From Takakia lepidozioides (lineage: Eukaryota; Plantae; Bryophyta), in assembly GCA_030704615.1 (NCBI GenBank), contig CM060734.1, forward strand, positions 23,932,001-23,996,000: DNA of 64,000 nt, written 5' to 3'. The notes under the pieces were generated by a model. The model was not told the origin of the DNA, searched no databases, and saw only the letters and a list, made by a program, of their open reading frames with translations. A program made the position numbers and the translations under genes. Positions 14,601 through 27,693 of the stretch are shown in pieces. Numbering within the stretch: position 1 is the first letter of the stretch; every line of letters begins with the position of its first letter.

Positions 14601-15369
14601 GCTGATCCTTACACCTACAAATATAAGGGCATCTGGGTGGCATTACAAATCCTGACAAGAGCACTGGCAGGTAATTATGTCCACTTTGGTGTCTTTGAGC
14701 TCTATGGGGGATCAGTCATGCGTGCTAGCTGACGCCCTTGACATGGCTCTCAAGATGTCGCTTGCTATCCCACTGGCAAGTATCATGGCCTTTCGAAAGC
14801 TTGCAAGGGCTTACTTTGCGCTGCTGGAGGTCCTTTGCCACAATCACACCACGGTCATTGTAAATCATGATACAGCCACTTTCACCCACCTTGTTGGCTC
14901 CCTGGAGACAGGTGTGAAATGCTTGGATGTGAGCATTTCATCCCAGTGCGCATCTGTCTCTGCTAGTGTTAACCTGGCTGCATTTTACTTCAACAACATT
15001 ACCATGGAAGACACCCCAGAACTTAACTGTGCGCAGCTGCCCTCAAAATGGCCCGTCACATTGCCGAGGCACCCAACCAACCTTTTTCCTGAGATACTGA
15101 AGTCTTTGTTTGAGATTGTCTTGTTTGAGGATTGCTCCAATCAATGGAGTCTAAGCCGGCCTATGCTATCCCTCATTCTCATCAATGAGCAGATCTTCAA
15201 TGGCTTGAAGGCTCAGATTCTGTCCACTCAACCACCTGACCAGCAGCGCAGGCTGGTGGGTTGTTTCGATAAATTAATGGCTGATGTCACACGTACTCTG
15301 GAGCCCAAGAACAGGGACAAATTCACACAAAACTTGACCTTATTCAGGCATGATTTCAGGGCTAAGTAG
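11665..15369 (+). CDS. XPO7: Exportin-7 (RanBP16/17-like importin-beta family); exons 11665-13038 and 13502-15369; frame broken by many small indels at ~14240-15080
   Basis: MESLAQLSVLCERLYTSQD start. HRKTACSFRD, NYHEYCRLLGRLKTNYQLSEL, NQWSLSRPMLSLIL and KNRDKFTQNLTLFR motifs. One phase-0 GT-AG intron (CAG|GTATAG...TGCAG|GCG). Confidence 0.92.
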
Positions 15370-16789
15370 CAAATTCCCAACAACGAAGGAAAATTTTGAG
15401 CATAAGTTTACAACGCGTGGAGTTGCTGTCTTTCAACCAGCCTTGATGAGAAAGGAGAGAGAGAAGGGATGGGAGAGGGCAATTAGGCCTGAATTGGTAG
15501 GGATAAAATGGGCAATTTTTTTTATAATGGTGTCAATCCATTCACAATGGGCCCCCTGCCCTTCTCTCCTGCTCTTCTCCAGCACCTTCTATGCTGCCTA
15601 TTTTGCTCTCACCTTCTTATTCTCCCTATGCTCCTCTCTGGCTGGTCCACTTTACTTGGGATGACCCCTTGTCGGCTCTTCTTTTGGCCAATTCAATTCT
15701 GCTAACTGTCTGTGATCCCCATGATTCTCTTTCCACCTTTCTTGTCTTTCTGTCAATCCAACCCTTTTTTTCCTGTAGTCTCCTCTCTTCTCTGCGTTAT
15801 CCAAACTGGGCGGGCGAAGCATCGGCATGTACTTCTACATTAAGAGCAGTTCAATGGGCGTCTCCCTTCCTCTCTCTTGTGCGGGTCAGCATCACAAGAC
15901 CAACAATATTAGTTCTATGTCACAACTTGGCTGCCAGTGTGCAGATGGCACGATGTGGTCCCTGTCAGTGGCAGCTCTTCTTATTCACACTGTCTATACA
16001 CAGTTGCCTTGGCAATTTCAAACTGGCTAAAGCGATTCCGTCAAGAATGTCAGATACAATGCCAAGGCTGTGTAAGGAATAGTCTGTGGAGTGAGGTGAG
16101 AATTTCAACTGTAACACTGTACATCCGTGTGAAGTAGGTGCTGGTCCGAGGGCTTAAACGCTTGTGTCTCTCTCCCTCTGACTCAATGGTGGGCAAATGG
16201 TCTGCATTGTGTGGTGTGTTCAGAGTCAAGGCCTGCGTCAAACTTTCCTTGGGTGCCTACGGTCTGGTTTCTGAAGCCTCAAGTGTCTCTGGTGTGATGT
16301 CAGCCACAGCGCAGAGTACCCCCACTGGGCATGGAAACAGGAGGACCTCCATGAGAGAGTTCATTGTTTTCAAGGAAAGGAAAGGAAATGAATGCAACGT
16401 CCATGGAAGCAAATCAGTATACCACATCAAAGATCTGCAGATCGAGTTAATAACGGGTGATCATTACGCTGTGAAGGATAAACAAATGAGTAACACTCTA
16501 AAAGACAAAATCAGGGAATGCAGTGGCAGGAATGTGAGATCAACATGCAGGCTTCGCGGTTTCTCCTCTCAATACGTAGCCTGTCATGAATTACATCACA
16601 TTGTACCCAAATTATGCATCCTACATCCTGGTCTGTCCACTTAAAACTGGACACCCTTGGGGCTATAAGAAAGTCATGTCAATCAGTTGTGCTTAAGCCT
16701 GTGAAGCCTCATTGCATCCTATGCCCTAATTTTCCTTTTTCATCCTTTAGCCGTATTCATCCATCCCTGTATTTTTTCGGCGATTATAT

Positions 16790-17842
16790 TATACCGTTAG
16801 CGTCCGTTACTAATCATGATATAGCTAGGGTTAACTAATCGCTGGCTCGACCTGAGCCGCTCGTTTAATCAAGGGTATAGATGAGGCGCCGCGTAGCGGG
16901 CCTCTAGCGCCTCACCACGCGGCAGGTCATGGCCCTCCTAGGGTTCCCTATATAAGCGACGCATGACCAAGAGTTCGGGGTCTTTGTGTTGAAGTGTATT
17001 TCACGGCTTCTGTGCATGTCAGATTGTGTCAGTTGCTACGCGTTGGTCTCCTATTGCGCATTCGCCCGCTCTTCTTGCTTTGCCCCTTGCATTAACCTGC
17101 TCACCTAAGAGGAACGGAGCATATCCTCTTGAGCTCAAATTGTGGTAGAGTGCTTCCGGGTAGCGCGTAGAAATTTCTTTCCGCTAATCTCTGATACGCC
17201 TTACTTATGCGCCCATTTTTGTGCTAAGCAGCTCCTCTTTAGGGATGGCGGCCCGCCACCCTGCTACAGTTTTGCTCTTTGTCGTGTTTTGTTCTTGCTC
17301 ACTCACTAATCCTGTTTGTGCTCTGTGTCATGGTTTCTGCATCGGTCTCTAGGTGTGCCTTGAGTCGTGAAGGAGAGTGTGTTTGCGTGAGTCTTGACAT
17401 TTCCTTGATGTTGCATTCTGATTTGGCGCAGCCTGACATTGTTGCTTCCGCTGCTCCTGCTGTTGTTGATCCCAGCACTAACCTAGAACAGCTAGTCGTT
17501 CGATTGTCTTCTCCTAACAATAATGACTATGGAGCAGTTCTAGAAGCTAAGAACAGGGCGTCACCAAGTGCAAGGTCGCCTAGCTCTTTAGACAGCTGTG
17601 ACCCTGACTACTATAACTTTGATAATTTTGTTGACCAGGGACCGGACTACGTTGATCTTAGACACACTGAGAGGGAGTTTGAGAGAGACATTGAAAGGTC
17701 TCAGGAATTTGATGAGTCTATGTGTGAGGTTCTTCCGACTGACTGCTTGTGGTTTGCTGCTATCGAAGAAGCTGTTTATGGTGATGCTCGACACCTTACC
17801 TCGTATGAGCAATCATCGGGGCCGGCATACTGCTCGCAATAG
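16790..17842 (+). mobile_element. Possible retroelement 5' fragment (TATA-containing leader plus short ORF)
   Basis: CCTATATAAG box at ~16947, a CG-richer leader and a 187-aa ORF with no recognisable domain. No partner repeat seen. Confidence 0.25.
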
Positions 17843-18099
17843 CCCTCAAATTTTGAACAGACCTAAGGTCACTCCCTGTATACCATCAGTTGCAACACCC
17901 ACCACCGGAGAAGGGAAGTGGGTGATGTACATGGGAACACCACCCGAGGAGTAGGGCCATGGAACTTGGCCCAGGCCTAGCATAGTGGCCATTTTCTGAG
18001 TAAAAGCTAGCTGATCATCAGCTGCAGACAAGTCACCATTAGCAGCAAAGACGTCCGCCACCCACTGCCCCCTCCTCACAACTTACCATACACTTCATT

Positions 18100-19250
18100 G
18101 AATTCATATATTGTACCCAAAGTTGTGTCATTGTTAATGGATAGAAGTCCAACTTCTTTCACATAGACCAAGGTGTAGCTCAAGGATGTACTCTCTCCCC
18201 TTTGCTCTTCAATGTTTTGATTCATTATGTTCGGGAAAATAGCTTGGTTGGTTAGAGTGCTGGTCTGTCACGCCAGAAGTTGTGGTCATCAATGAACTTC
18301 TCGAGGATGTCGAAAGTGAGGGATTTTGGGTTAAGGGTGGGTGATACCACCATAGCAGCCCTTATGTTTGCAGATGACTTCGCAGGCATAGGTGAGACTC
18401 CAACCAATGTCCATGAGTTGATTGATTGCGTGAAGACATACTTTGATCTTTGGGGGCTAGAGGCTAACGTCATGGTGGGGTCAGCTGCAATATATATGTC
18501 CAGCACCAGACATCCTAAGTTAATCGACTCTATATCCTCGAAACATGACCGCCTTGTCAAACCCGCTAAGTCCTGGCAGAAGAGAGTAGAAGAGATTCTC
18601 AAAGACCTGGATGTGGATCCGCAAGTCTTGACCCTGCTGGATAAATTTGACTTAGAGGTTGTAGTGTCCAAAACCATGTGTGTTGCCATGAAATTGTCTG
18701 ATGAAAATGAAGTTAGGCAGAGAACTTCCCTGAAGTTGTTTCTAGTCTGTGACATGGGATCGCATCATCTTGGATGGCCTCAAGGGTCTACCCACTCTCG
18801 GCAATAGACTGGAATTTAAACTCAGGGAAGGTAGCCTACTTTTGAACAACAAACAGAAGCAGAGAGGAAGGGGAGAGTGCAATTGCCCGTTGTGTGGGCA
18901 ACCTGAAGACAATATTCATTTTATTGTACACTGTCCGGGGTTCTCTCACAAGGAGACGTTGTCTTCAAATCTATAAAGGGAATTGTGCTTGTACCTATGT
19001 TCACCAACTTTGAAAGTCTTGAGGCTGAGCCAAAAGCCCAGGCCCTGGCATGGCATCCTAGTTTTTGGGCAAATCACACACAACAGATTGATGCTTTGTA
19101 TAGGATATCAGGAAAACCCGGATCAATTCTATGTATCAAGGTAAGTCGTCCTACCAACGTCAGCCCCTAACAGAGGTAGGTTCTGTCCCTTTGGTTTCCG
19201 CTCAAACTGGACGCGAGGTCAATGGTCACAAGGCTACGACAAACAACATC
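18100..19250 (+). mobile_element. Non-LTR retrotransposon (LINE) fragment: RT C-terminal part and Cys/His finger
   Basis: QGCTLSPLLFN (~18181), LMFADDF and CPLCGQPEDNIHFIVHC; several stops and deletions. Confidence 0.85.
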
Positions 19251-19269
19251 TTATGAATACATTCTCACT

Positions 19270-19866
19270 CTTCTTTTATTTTTCCCTTCAATAAAGAGAT
19301 GCAGAGAGGGAGGGCAAGGGGTTGGGCTCTGGGTTAGCTAGTTGGCTCACTGTTTTTCTGCTCTCTCCCTTCCCCACCCTTCTGCTCGCACTCCTGTTTT
19401 TTCCCTTTCCATGAACACATGTAGATAGGGAGGGATGAGGGTTGGGATGGAGGTGAGGGGGCTGGGAGCAGGGTTCTGCTCTCTCTCCCTTCCCCACCAT
19501 TCCATCTCTTACTCACCCTATTTTTTTCCTTCAATAAACAGATGCAGCGAGGGAGGGTAGAGGGTTGGGATGGAGGTTAAGGGTGTGTCTGCTGTTTTTC
19601 TGATTTCTCTCTTCCCCACCCTTCCTGCTGCCACTCTTCTTCTTTTTTTCCTTCCATAAACAGATGTAGATAGGGAGGGATGAGGGTTGGGATGGAGGTG
19701 AGGGCGCTTGGAGTATGATCCTGTTCTCTCTCCCTTCCCCACCCTTCCAACTCTCACTCCTTTTTTGTTTCCTTCAATAAACAAATGCACAGAGGGAGGG
19801 CAGGGGCTGGGGATGGAGGTAATCTAGTTTGGCAAAGGTTTTTATACTCTCTCCCTTCCCCACCCA
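19270..19866. repeat. Tandem repeat, 5 units of ~120 bp, alternating A/B variants
   Basis: Each unit is TTCMATRAA..ATGYA..GGGAGGG..GGGTTGGG..CTCTCCCTTCCCCACC. Confidence 0.9.
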
Positions 19867-20329
19867 TGGGGACTCTGTCCCTCTCATTTTTTACTTCGCC
19901 TGGTCAAACCGTAATTGGATAAACATATTCAGAAAGATGTTGAAATTGAATAGCGCTGGGTCTTAATTCAATTTGTCACTGCAAAGCAATCAAGTCTGAG
20001 GTGAAGGTAACCATGTCAACCCACTTTGGGTACATGTTTTGCGAGTTCAGTAGGACTAGAGCTGATGCACAATTTGTGTGGGTTGTTTTGTGCAGGGGAA
20101 GGGGAGTGAAGCAGCACCCAAGTACCCACAGCCCCCATACAATGCCAACCAACACCCACCATGGCACCCACCCCCTGCCGGATGGTCTCCACAACAGAGT
20201 GCACAATGGGGGCCCCCCCTGCTCCAAAGTCGTGGCGGTGGCTTCCTGATGCTGGCACGTCACAGTGGGGGCCTCCCACATCTCCGTACAGCCCTAACCC
20301 CACCTGCACACATGTGTCACCCCCCACGC

Positions 20330-22750
20330 ATCATGACGCTGCTGCTCCGGAGCATGGGGGCAGGAAACGGTCATCAGACTTAAGGCGGGAACGACGACAT
20401 GCCATAATGCTGGCTGCGAAGGCAAGGAACATTGGCAGCGCGATTTGCATGGTCTTGCACTACGCTACCTGGATTCAAGCGTACATGACATTGACCAACA
20501 GTCACAGAGTGCCATGACCATGGTGATAGATCACATAAATGAAATGTACGAGTACACACCTATCCCTGCTCGTCGTGATTTTATAGTGAAGCAATGTGGG
20601 AAGATAATGAAAGGGGAAAGAGCGAAACTGAAAGATAGAGTTGCAAAGGTTGAAGGATGAAGATCGCGCATGCTTGAGTCACCAAGCCATCACGTTGGGG
20701 CCGGGCAGGAATTGCAGGCCAAGTAGCTCGTTTGGTAATCATTAACATCCTCTTTTCGTCCATCTTTTTTCATGGCAGGATGGAATGAAGAGTAGCTTGC
20801 ATGCTTCCCTTTTGTCCATTGTTTCTCAATTTATTGTTGTGTCATTTGCAATGCAATAGTTTCTGCTTTTTCTCCTGGCTTAACGTACTTACACTCTTTG
20901 TCGGTTGAGATTCAGAAAAAAATGAAAGCTTGCAGTCCGTCCCTGTCTGAACTCGGGGCGCAGCAAAAGACAGCTGGGATGGGGACCCCATCAGAGTCAG
21001 GTTTGACCTAGGTATGTTACGAAGTCCCCTTTTCGACAAATTCCCTTCTTGTCCGATTTGGAGGTCAGTGGGTCCCCCTCACATGGCACAGGAGGGGTGT
21101 TATACTGGAATCAGAATCTTACTATGCATTCAATCCCGAGCATTGGGCCTCCTCTTTTGGTTTGTAATAATAGTCATGGCTGTGTGTATGTGCAGGGAGC
21201 AGGGAACTCAATGGCAGCCTGCATTGCAGGGTAAGTGCAAGCTAGAGTGGCTCAAAAGCGGCATATGTGCCACTCCATGAGAGTCCATGGGCGGGCCTCG
21301 CGCGATCTGCGCCTGTTTCTATTGGTACAGAACAAAATCGAAATTTGAAAATCATAGCGCCAAAGGCATGGGGTTACCCATGAGTCATCGGGACTGTTCA
21401 ATAGAGACTTCCAACCTGTCCTCGCTAAGAGGTCATGACCGGGGCATGCGTCGGTGACTTTCTCTCCCGCCCTGCCGTGTCTTTGTACTTAGTTGATTTT
21501 CTGTCATGGCGAACCTGCTATCTTCTACCTGAGATCTGTGTAAGCTGGGCACGATTCGTGTAAGCTGGTTCAGATCGTACTGAAGCTTGTGAGCTTAGTG
21601 TAGCTTGTCAGCCTAATATAGATTAAGTAAGCGTTCAGTCCGTGCGATCAGTTTGAAAATGTCGACAGCGCCATGCAGCATTGTTACTGGGCAGACTAGA
21701 GAGATCAACAGTGAAAAAAGCGGGTAAATGAAGCTAGAGGGTGTTGCGAAGCAAGCTTCGCTCTATGTAGCACCGTTACACGCAACGCCTCCAACTCTAA
21801 TCTTTGATGAAAAACTTCAGTGTTCCGGAAGGCATTTGCTGATGCATAAGGGTGTAGCCCCTAGGAGACTCAAAATAGATAGAGACTGCAGTGAAGAAGA
21901 GGTGGCTAGACTATTTGGGCCGCTGCTCAACGAGAATGGTTACAGCTACTTGTTTAATCCATCAGATTCTGAACTTATTGCAAGAGTAGAGCGGATTTAT
22001 ATGATCGCACACCAACGCACTGGTGTTCCTGCTCATCATATGATAAACAAGGCCATCGCAAGAGGCATTGTTTGTGACAAGCTGAATGTCCAACAGGCAC
22101 ACGTTGCGAAGACTTCAAAGTGCCGAGGCCCTGGGGGGGAGAGATAAAAAGCACCATTGACTGTGTCGACATTTCAGACGAGGAAGCGCTCAGTGACCAA
22201 GAAGATCTCAGCAGGCCAAAGACGAAGGTAGGAGCAATGCGGCCGAGACAGTCTGGCAAAACGTACACAGAGGACGCCATTAAGGAGTGGCAAGGATACT
22301 TGACCATTTGCGAGGCGGAGGAGAAGCAATCACATGGGTTTCTTTCAGCCTTAGAAATGGAGAAGATAAAAGCCAGTAAGGATGCCGTGAAAGTTGATGC
22401 AGAAGCACAAGTTCGCAACGATTTATGTACATCAGCCATGTTGAAGTTGGATGAGCTCTCAATACAACATGAAGTCTTGACTGCAAAACACTTCGTCATC
22501 GTAAGCACAGGCACGGAGGATGACACAGCTGTGTCATCCGCAAACCTACAGGCTCTCCAACGCAAGGTGGATTCACAGAGATGCATCGTTGATCATTTCA
22601 CGAAGTTACTGGAGGAAAGGAAATCTCATGAGGAAGTTTCAATGTCTAAGTCTACGTTGGCTGAGGAAGCTTGATGCACAGCTTCTGAGCGGCATCTGTG
22701 TTGGAAGCGACAGAAGGAAGCCATCGCAGATGAAATCGACTTGATGCAAA
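20330..22750 (+). pseudogene. Fragmented coding remnants, probably transposon-associated, function unknown
   Basis: Protein-like ORFs 20445-20660, 21728-22147 and 22120-22674 (coiled-coil-like); the last two are linked by a frameshift. No domain could be assigned. Confidence 0.3.
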
Positions 22751-24698
22751 ATGGTGTTGAGCGGGCATCATTCAAACCCGCCCCATTGTGCAATGTTGTG
22801 GTTGATCGTGCTCCTTGGAAGTCATTGCAAGTGTCCTTCTCCATGTGCTTTGGCTGTGTGGTATAGGTATTCCCCAATGTGACTTGGAGTTTCTATGGAA
22901 GTCCCCTGGAAGCCCCCTTGTCCATTATCGTTTCAGGCAGGTCCATGCCCCACTAATGTGTGTCTCATGATTTTCCTATTATGGAGCAGAGATTTCAGTG
23001 AAAGTCCCGCAGAAGCCATCAATTCCATTGACATGTCAGCCTGCACCTTTGTAGTCCATGTGTACTATTGTGGAAGTCCTAAAATGTCCTTGACTATTTG
23101 CAGACTTCATAATAGTCCATTTAGTATGCTCCCTATCCATGAAATTTCCATATGTCTTGCCAGCCACTTCCTGCCTAATCCAGATTTCCGCAAGGTAGGA
23201 CGTTGTTGGTTCCATTAACATGTGTTCATTGGACAAATGCTGATTTTTAGCTTGTGGTTTGGGCAGGGGCAACACGTACATCCATCTCTGTTTCAGGTAG
23301 TAAAAGAAGTGCGCAAATGGAGCTTGCTGGAGGAGCAAGATCTACAACTATCAGCCCGTCCGTGGGCAGTATTCACCTGATGGGCACGACGGCAAAAGCA
23401 ACGAGAGAGGTCCCAGATGTGACCTCACCAGGTTTCAAACTCCAGTACAGCTCAAATGAGGAGAACAGATCTGGTCTCTACCTTCAATCTGCACCTACAA
23501 ATGTGTTGCTCAATCCACAGTTAAGCCACATCAAACCCCCTCTCCAAGTGATCCCCAGGGACACGAGCAAACAGTTGAATTTCCAGGATGATACTACTGA
23601 GGAGTTTCAAACCCAGGACCCTGTCATTGCCCCATTCTTTGATGAAGTTGGTGGCTACACAACATGTACAGAATCTGCCCCTAGTGCCAAAGGTAAGGGT
23701 TTGCAGAATGGTGAATATCCAGATGAGGATTCCATGGTTTCTCCATCAAACCAGACCTGGAAATCCCGGAGCCCTGCTGTCAGTGGCCACACAAGAACAT
23801 CCCCTGCCAAAAAACCCAAAAAGTCCATTAAGCCTGTCAATGAAAGGGTTTCTACAGCCAAGAACACAAGAGCTGCCGGCACAAAGGTGACTCGGCAAAA
23901 AAAAAAATGAGCAATTGTTGAAGGTGAGTTTTGTACTTTAAGCTATTTCACTTTCAGCTATCATCTTTGTTGCTTTGTCAGTTTGCTGTGATGATGTATG
24001 CTTACAAGCTGCACATGCTCAGTGTCTCAACCTGTTGAACTGGTTTTTGGCAGAATTGTACTGAGGAAGCAATTGGGAATGTCACTAAACTCCAGCCCAC
24101 GGGAAGAGCCGGCCACAAACGATTTTGGATGGCAGACCTCATGCTGTCTACAAACTAGGGTCATCATGAAGTAATCCCTATGATCTTAGATGCCATATTA
24201 TGATCAAGCTAGAGCAGTATGGAGTAGTGATTTGGCATTGACAGTTTAGTGCAAGGGGTTGTTGTTGTGACATAGTTCTTTTTGGATAACTGAACACAAG
24301 CAGGTGGTGCCATCAGCACGTTTTTTTTTAGATTGTCAAACTGTTTACTATGTAATCAGTAGTAAACTGACTATCAGTTTACTACTCTCAGTTTCCTATT
24401 CAGATTACTATGAGTTTGTAATCAGTTTGTTTATTGATCAATAAACAATCCCAATGAGAATAGAACTCAGTTCTTTTCATTCATGTTTAGAGGTTACTGA
24501 TGGGGCTTTCCCACATGCATTTTTTGGGAGCCCAGACGCTCATGTAACCCAAGAATTTGAGGTCAGTCCTGGTCTCTGGGAATGATCTGGGGTCAGTGCC
24601 ATCTTCCAGGAGTTCCCTCTGACCATTGACCAATTATGGAGCATGGAATAGTGCTGGCAGGTACTCTCATCAGAGAGACACCCTCTTCAAAGTCATCA

Positions 24699-24830
24699 AG
24701 GGAATTGTTCCTCTACCTCTGTTCACCAACTTTGAAAATCCCGAGGCTGAGCCAAAAGCCCTGGCCCTATTGGGATCAAGTTATTTCTTGTGAAGGTTTT
24801 CTAGAGGAGATCTGGAAAACTCAGGTTCAA
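24699..24830 (+). mobile_element. Short second fragment of the LINE family at 18.1-19.25 kb
   Basis: AGGGAATTGT..TTCACCAACTTTGAAA..GAGGCTGAGCCAAAAGCCC matches 18977-19050. Confidence 0.75.
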
Positions 24831-27382
24831 GAAACTTTTTTGGATCAGGACATACTTTGTCTAGAGGGGAAGGATATGGTGGCTGTTCTCTACATGCACA
24901 CATCTGAATAGAGCTACTATTGGATTGATTAGCCAGTGATTAATCTAGTGGGCCAAGCACTATGATCAGCATCACAGGGTCCCAACCTGTGAATTGCTTA
25001 TGTAACCTTACCCACCTTGATAAATATCTTTGTCAATTTCATTGACTGGTTGACAGTGATTCTTTGTGGCAATGAATGATCAAACTTACAAGCATTTTCA
25101 AAGGTTTTGGTTATAAGTTTAAGGTGGAGTCAGTGGTGTGAATCTGCTGCATGCATGTTTGTAGATGGGAACCTTCCATCTCAGAGTCCAGAGACCTGGA
25201 AGATAATTTATTCAGTTTCTTGGAGCCCACATAAAGGATTGTATAATCCCATCATGGCAGAGGAATAGATGTCAAGTGCCCTCAACACAGAGTAACATTG
25301 GGCCCAAGCTAAATCATAGCATTTTAGGATGATTCTTACATCAGCAAGGTACTCATTCTCCATGGCTTGGGAGAGCATGAATCCCCCAAAAGCAGCAGCT
25401 CCAGCAGAGCAAGAAAATTGTTTTTGGCCTCCATTGCTTCATCTGATAGTCAATCCCACCTATGCCCTCATTCATAGGCTACATTCTAACTTGATAAGTT
25501 TTACACATGGTGAAATTTCGACACACACAGAACTGTAATCTGCAAGCTGCCACCTGATTTAACATCTTTGCGTGTCAATCACTCTCTTCAAATATCAAAT
25601 GTTAATCCCAGAGGTCAAGTGGCGGATCAGACAAATGATAATGCGGATTGCAAACAATTAGCATGATGTAGTGTGGAAGTGCAGATTCAGGGGTGAAACA
25701 AAACTTTGAGCCTTACAAGAACCAGCCAAATCCCAGCCCACAAAATGGAAGGGGCTCTTGGCTATGATATATGCCGCGCATATAGGTGTCCCCTCTGCAA
25801 CCCTAGGATAGCCTGCAGTATCATAACCAGAGAACAAGCGGCTCATTCATTTGCCGTTATCAAAAGGAACTCCAGTGATTGACATTTGCTCCTACCCTTA
25901 CAACGAGAGGGTGGCATTGGGCAAGTCAGGATCATATTCCAACACAAACCTCTGGTACAGTCTAGTTTAACGGAAACAAGATGAAAAGAGTGACACCCGC
26001 TGGAGCCAGCCAAACACTGCTGAATCAGAATTTGTCAAGCCTGATTCTCCTGTAGGGTAATTACTTTGCCAAGCATAACCTTCCAAGATAGCCAACATAA
26101 GACAAGCTATACACTGTTTAATGGGCCAGTGATTTTGCCATTTAAGTGCTAGACAGACCTCTATGGCCAATTTCTGAGACCGCTGCTAACTACTGGAGGC
26201 TGGTGCCGGAAAAGGAACATGACCTAAATACGTAAACGCAGACCTTGATCCTGGCCGCCCCGCCTCCAGTCATGCATCAACTTGACACCACAATTTCATC
26301 CTTAAAAGACTGCCAATACACGTACTGGTCAAAAAAATTCCAGAAAAATACAAATATGAGCAAATATGAGTTTCAAGACTTTATTTCACCCCATCTAGCA
26401 AGAGAGATCAATACCAACAACTGCACTGCACCGAAAGGTTGTCAGAGACCAACATCTGGTCCATTTCAGAAGAACAAAAATCCACAGGAGTTGATCTACC
26501 TACAAGCTAACACCATAATCACACTAGGCTCCATGCTTCAGGCCCTGTATACCCATCCCTAATCATGGTATATTAATTGCATCATGGTACAATTCAACAA
26601 TTTAAGCAATTGGACTACGCTAGCTTTAGCAGAGCTGAAGGCCTTCCCTAAAACAAGCAGCTTCACAAAAATGCTGTAAATGGTCCATTTGATTGGCACA
26701 GCATGACAAAATAGGACCATAAGGTGCCGACAATCAGCGGCACTGTCATTGTGAAAGAGCAAGGTAGCCATGTCAGCAAAAGCACAATTCAGCTTTCAAA
26801 ACTTACATAACAATGTGAGGAACGATTTTTAGCCAAGAAAGGACACATTGGAAATAAAAACAAACATACCAGCTGTTGTTATGGTGCCACAACGCAATTC
26901 CATCTCAGTTGCTTCACGCACAACCATTTCTTCTCTCATCTGGGTGAGCCTCTCTCCTGCCATTGCCTATAGCTCCAGTGAATGCCAAATTCAAGATAAG
27001 GCACAAATAGGTAGAAACTAGAAAACACGATGTGTGGATGTAATAGAGAGATAAAAAAAAAAAAAAAAACTAAGTACTAGCGTTGAGTGGGAGAGCGGGA
27101 AGGGGAATTCGACCCCTGCCCTATAGGGCCCCAATGACTAATCCAAAATCTCGAAAGTCCACAATGGTGTATATCCTATCCACAAGTATTCACATAAGTC
27201 AACACATCATCCATTTAGGTTCCACAAAAGGTCCACAAACGTGATTAGGAGACACCATGGCTTCAGCTTGATACATGATAGATATTAATGTGATTCATAT
27301 TTCATATTCACACCGTTTGTCATGCCCAAGAGGGTTACTTGGTTGCATGCTTGGAATTTGCCCAAGCTGCAAGCTGGTCCAT

Positions 27383-27693
27383 CAAGATGCTTGTGTGTAC
27401 ATATCTTGAATCTGTAATATGGCAGGTTGTTCTTACTTGCCCAAGATGCCTTGCATGATGCATGTCTTGGGGTAATACTGATAAGGTAGGCTGCAAATTA
27501 TTTTGTCATACCCAAGATGTTTGCTTGAAGGGCATGTCTTGCATCTATAATATTGCAGGTTGGCTTCACATACACAAGATGTTTTGCTCTAGAATGCATG
27601 TCTTGTTGTAATTATAATGCCAGGAAAGGGTATGACAGGCTGCAGCAATCTGATTTTTCAGTACACAAGATGTTTGCTTATATGCTTGTCTTG
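27383..27693. repeat. Array of 5 imperfect hairpin units CAAGATG-N(10-15)-CATGTCTTG with variable spacers
   Basis: Units start near 27383, 27442, 27513, 27576 and 27667. Confidence 0.75.

Noticed and set aside
23254-23910. 218-aa ORF
   Set aside because: Low-complexity Ser/Thr/Lys-rich sequence with no motif; cannot support a gene call.
24900-26965. Possible spliced gene starting MAGERLTQ (minus, ~26963)
   Set aside because: The putative second exon hits a stop quickly and no homology was recognised.
27383-27693. CRISPR-like repeat-spacer appearance
   Set aside because: Repeats are degenerate and variable in length, spacers resemble each other, there are no cas genes, and the context is eukaryotic.
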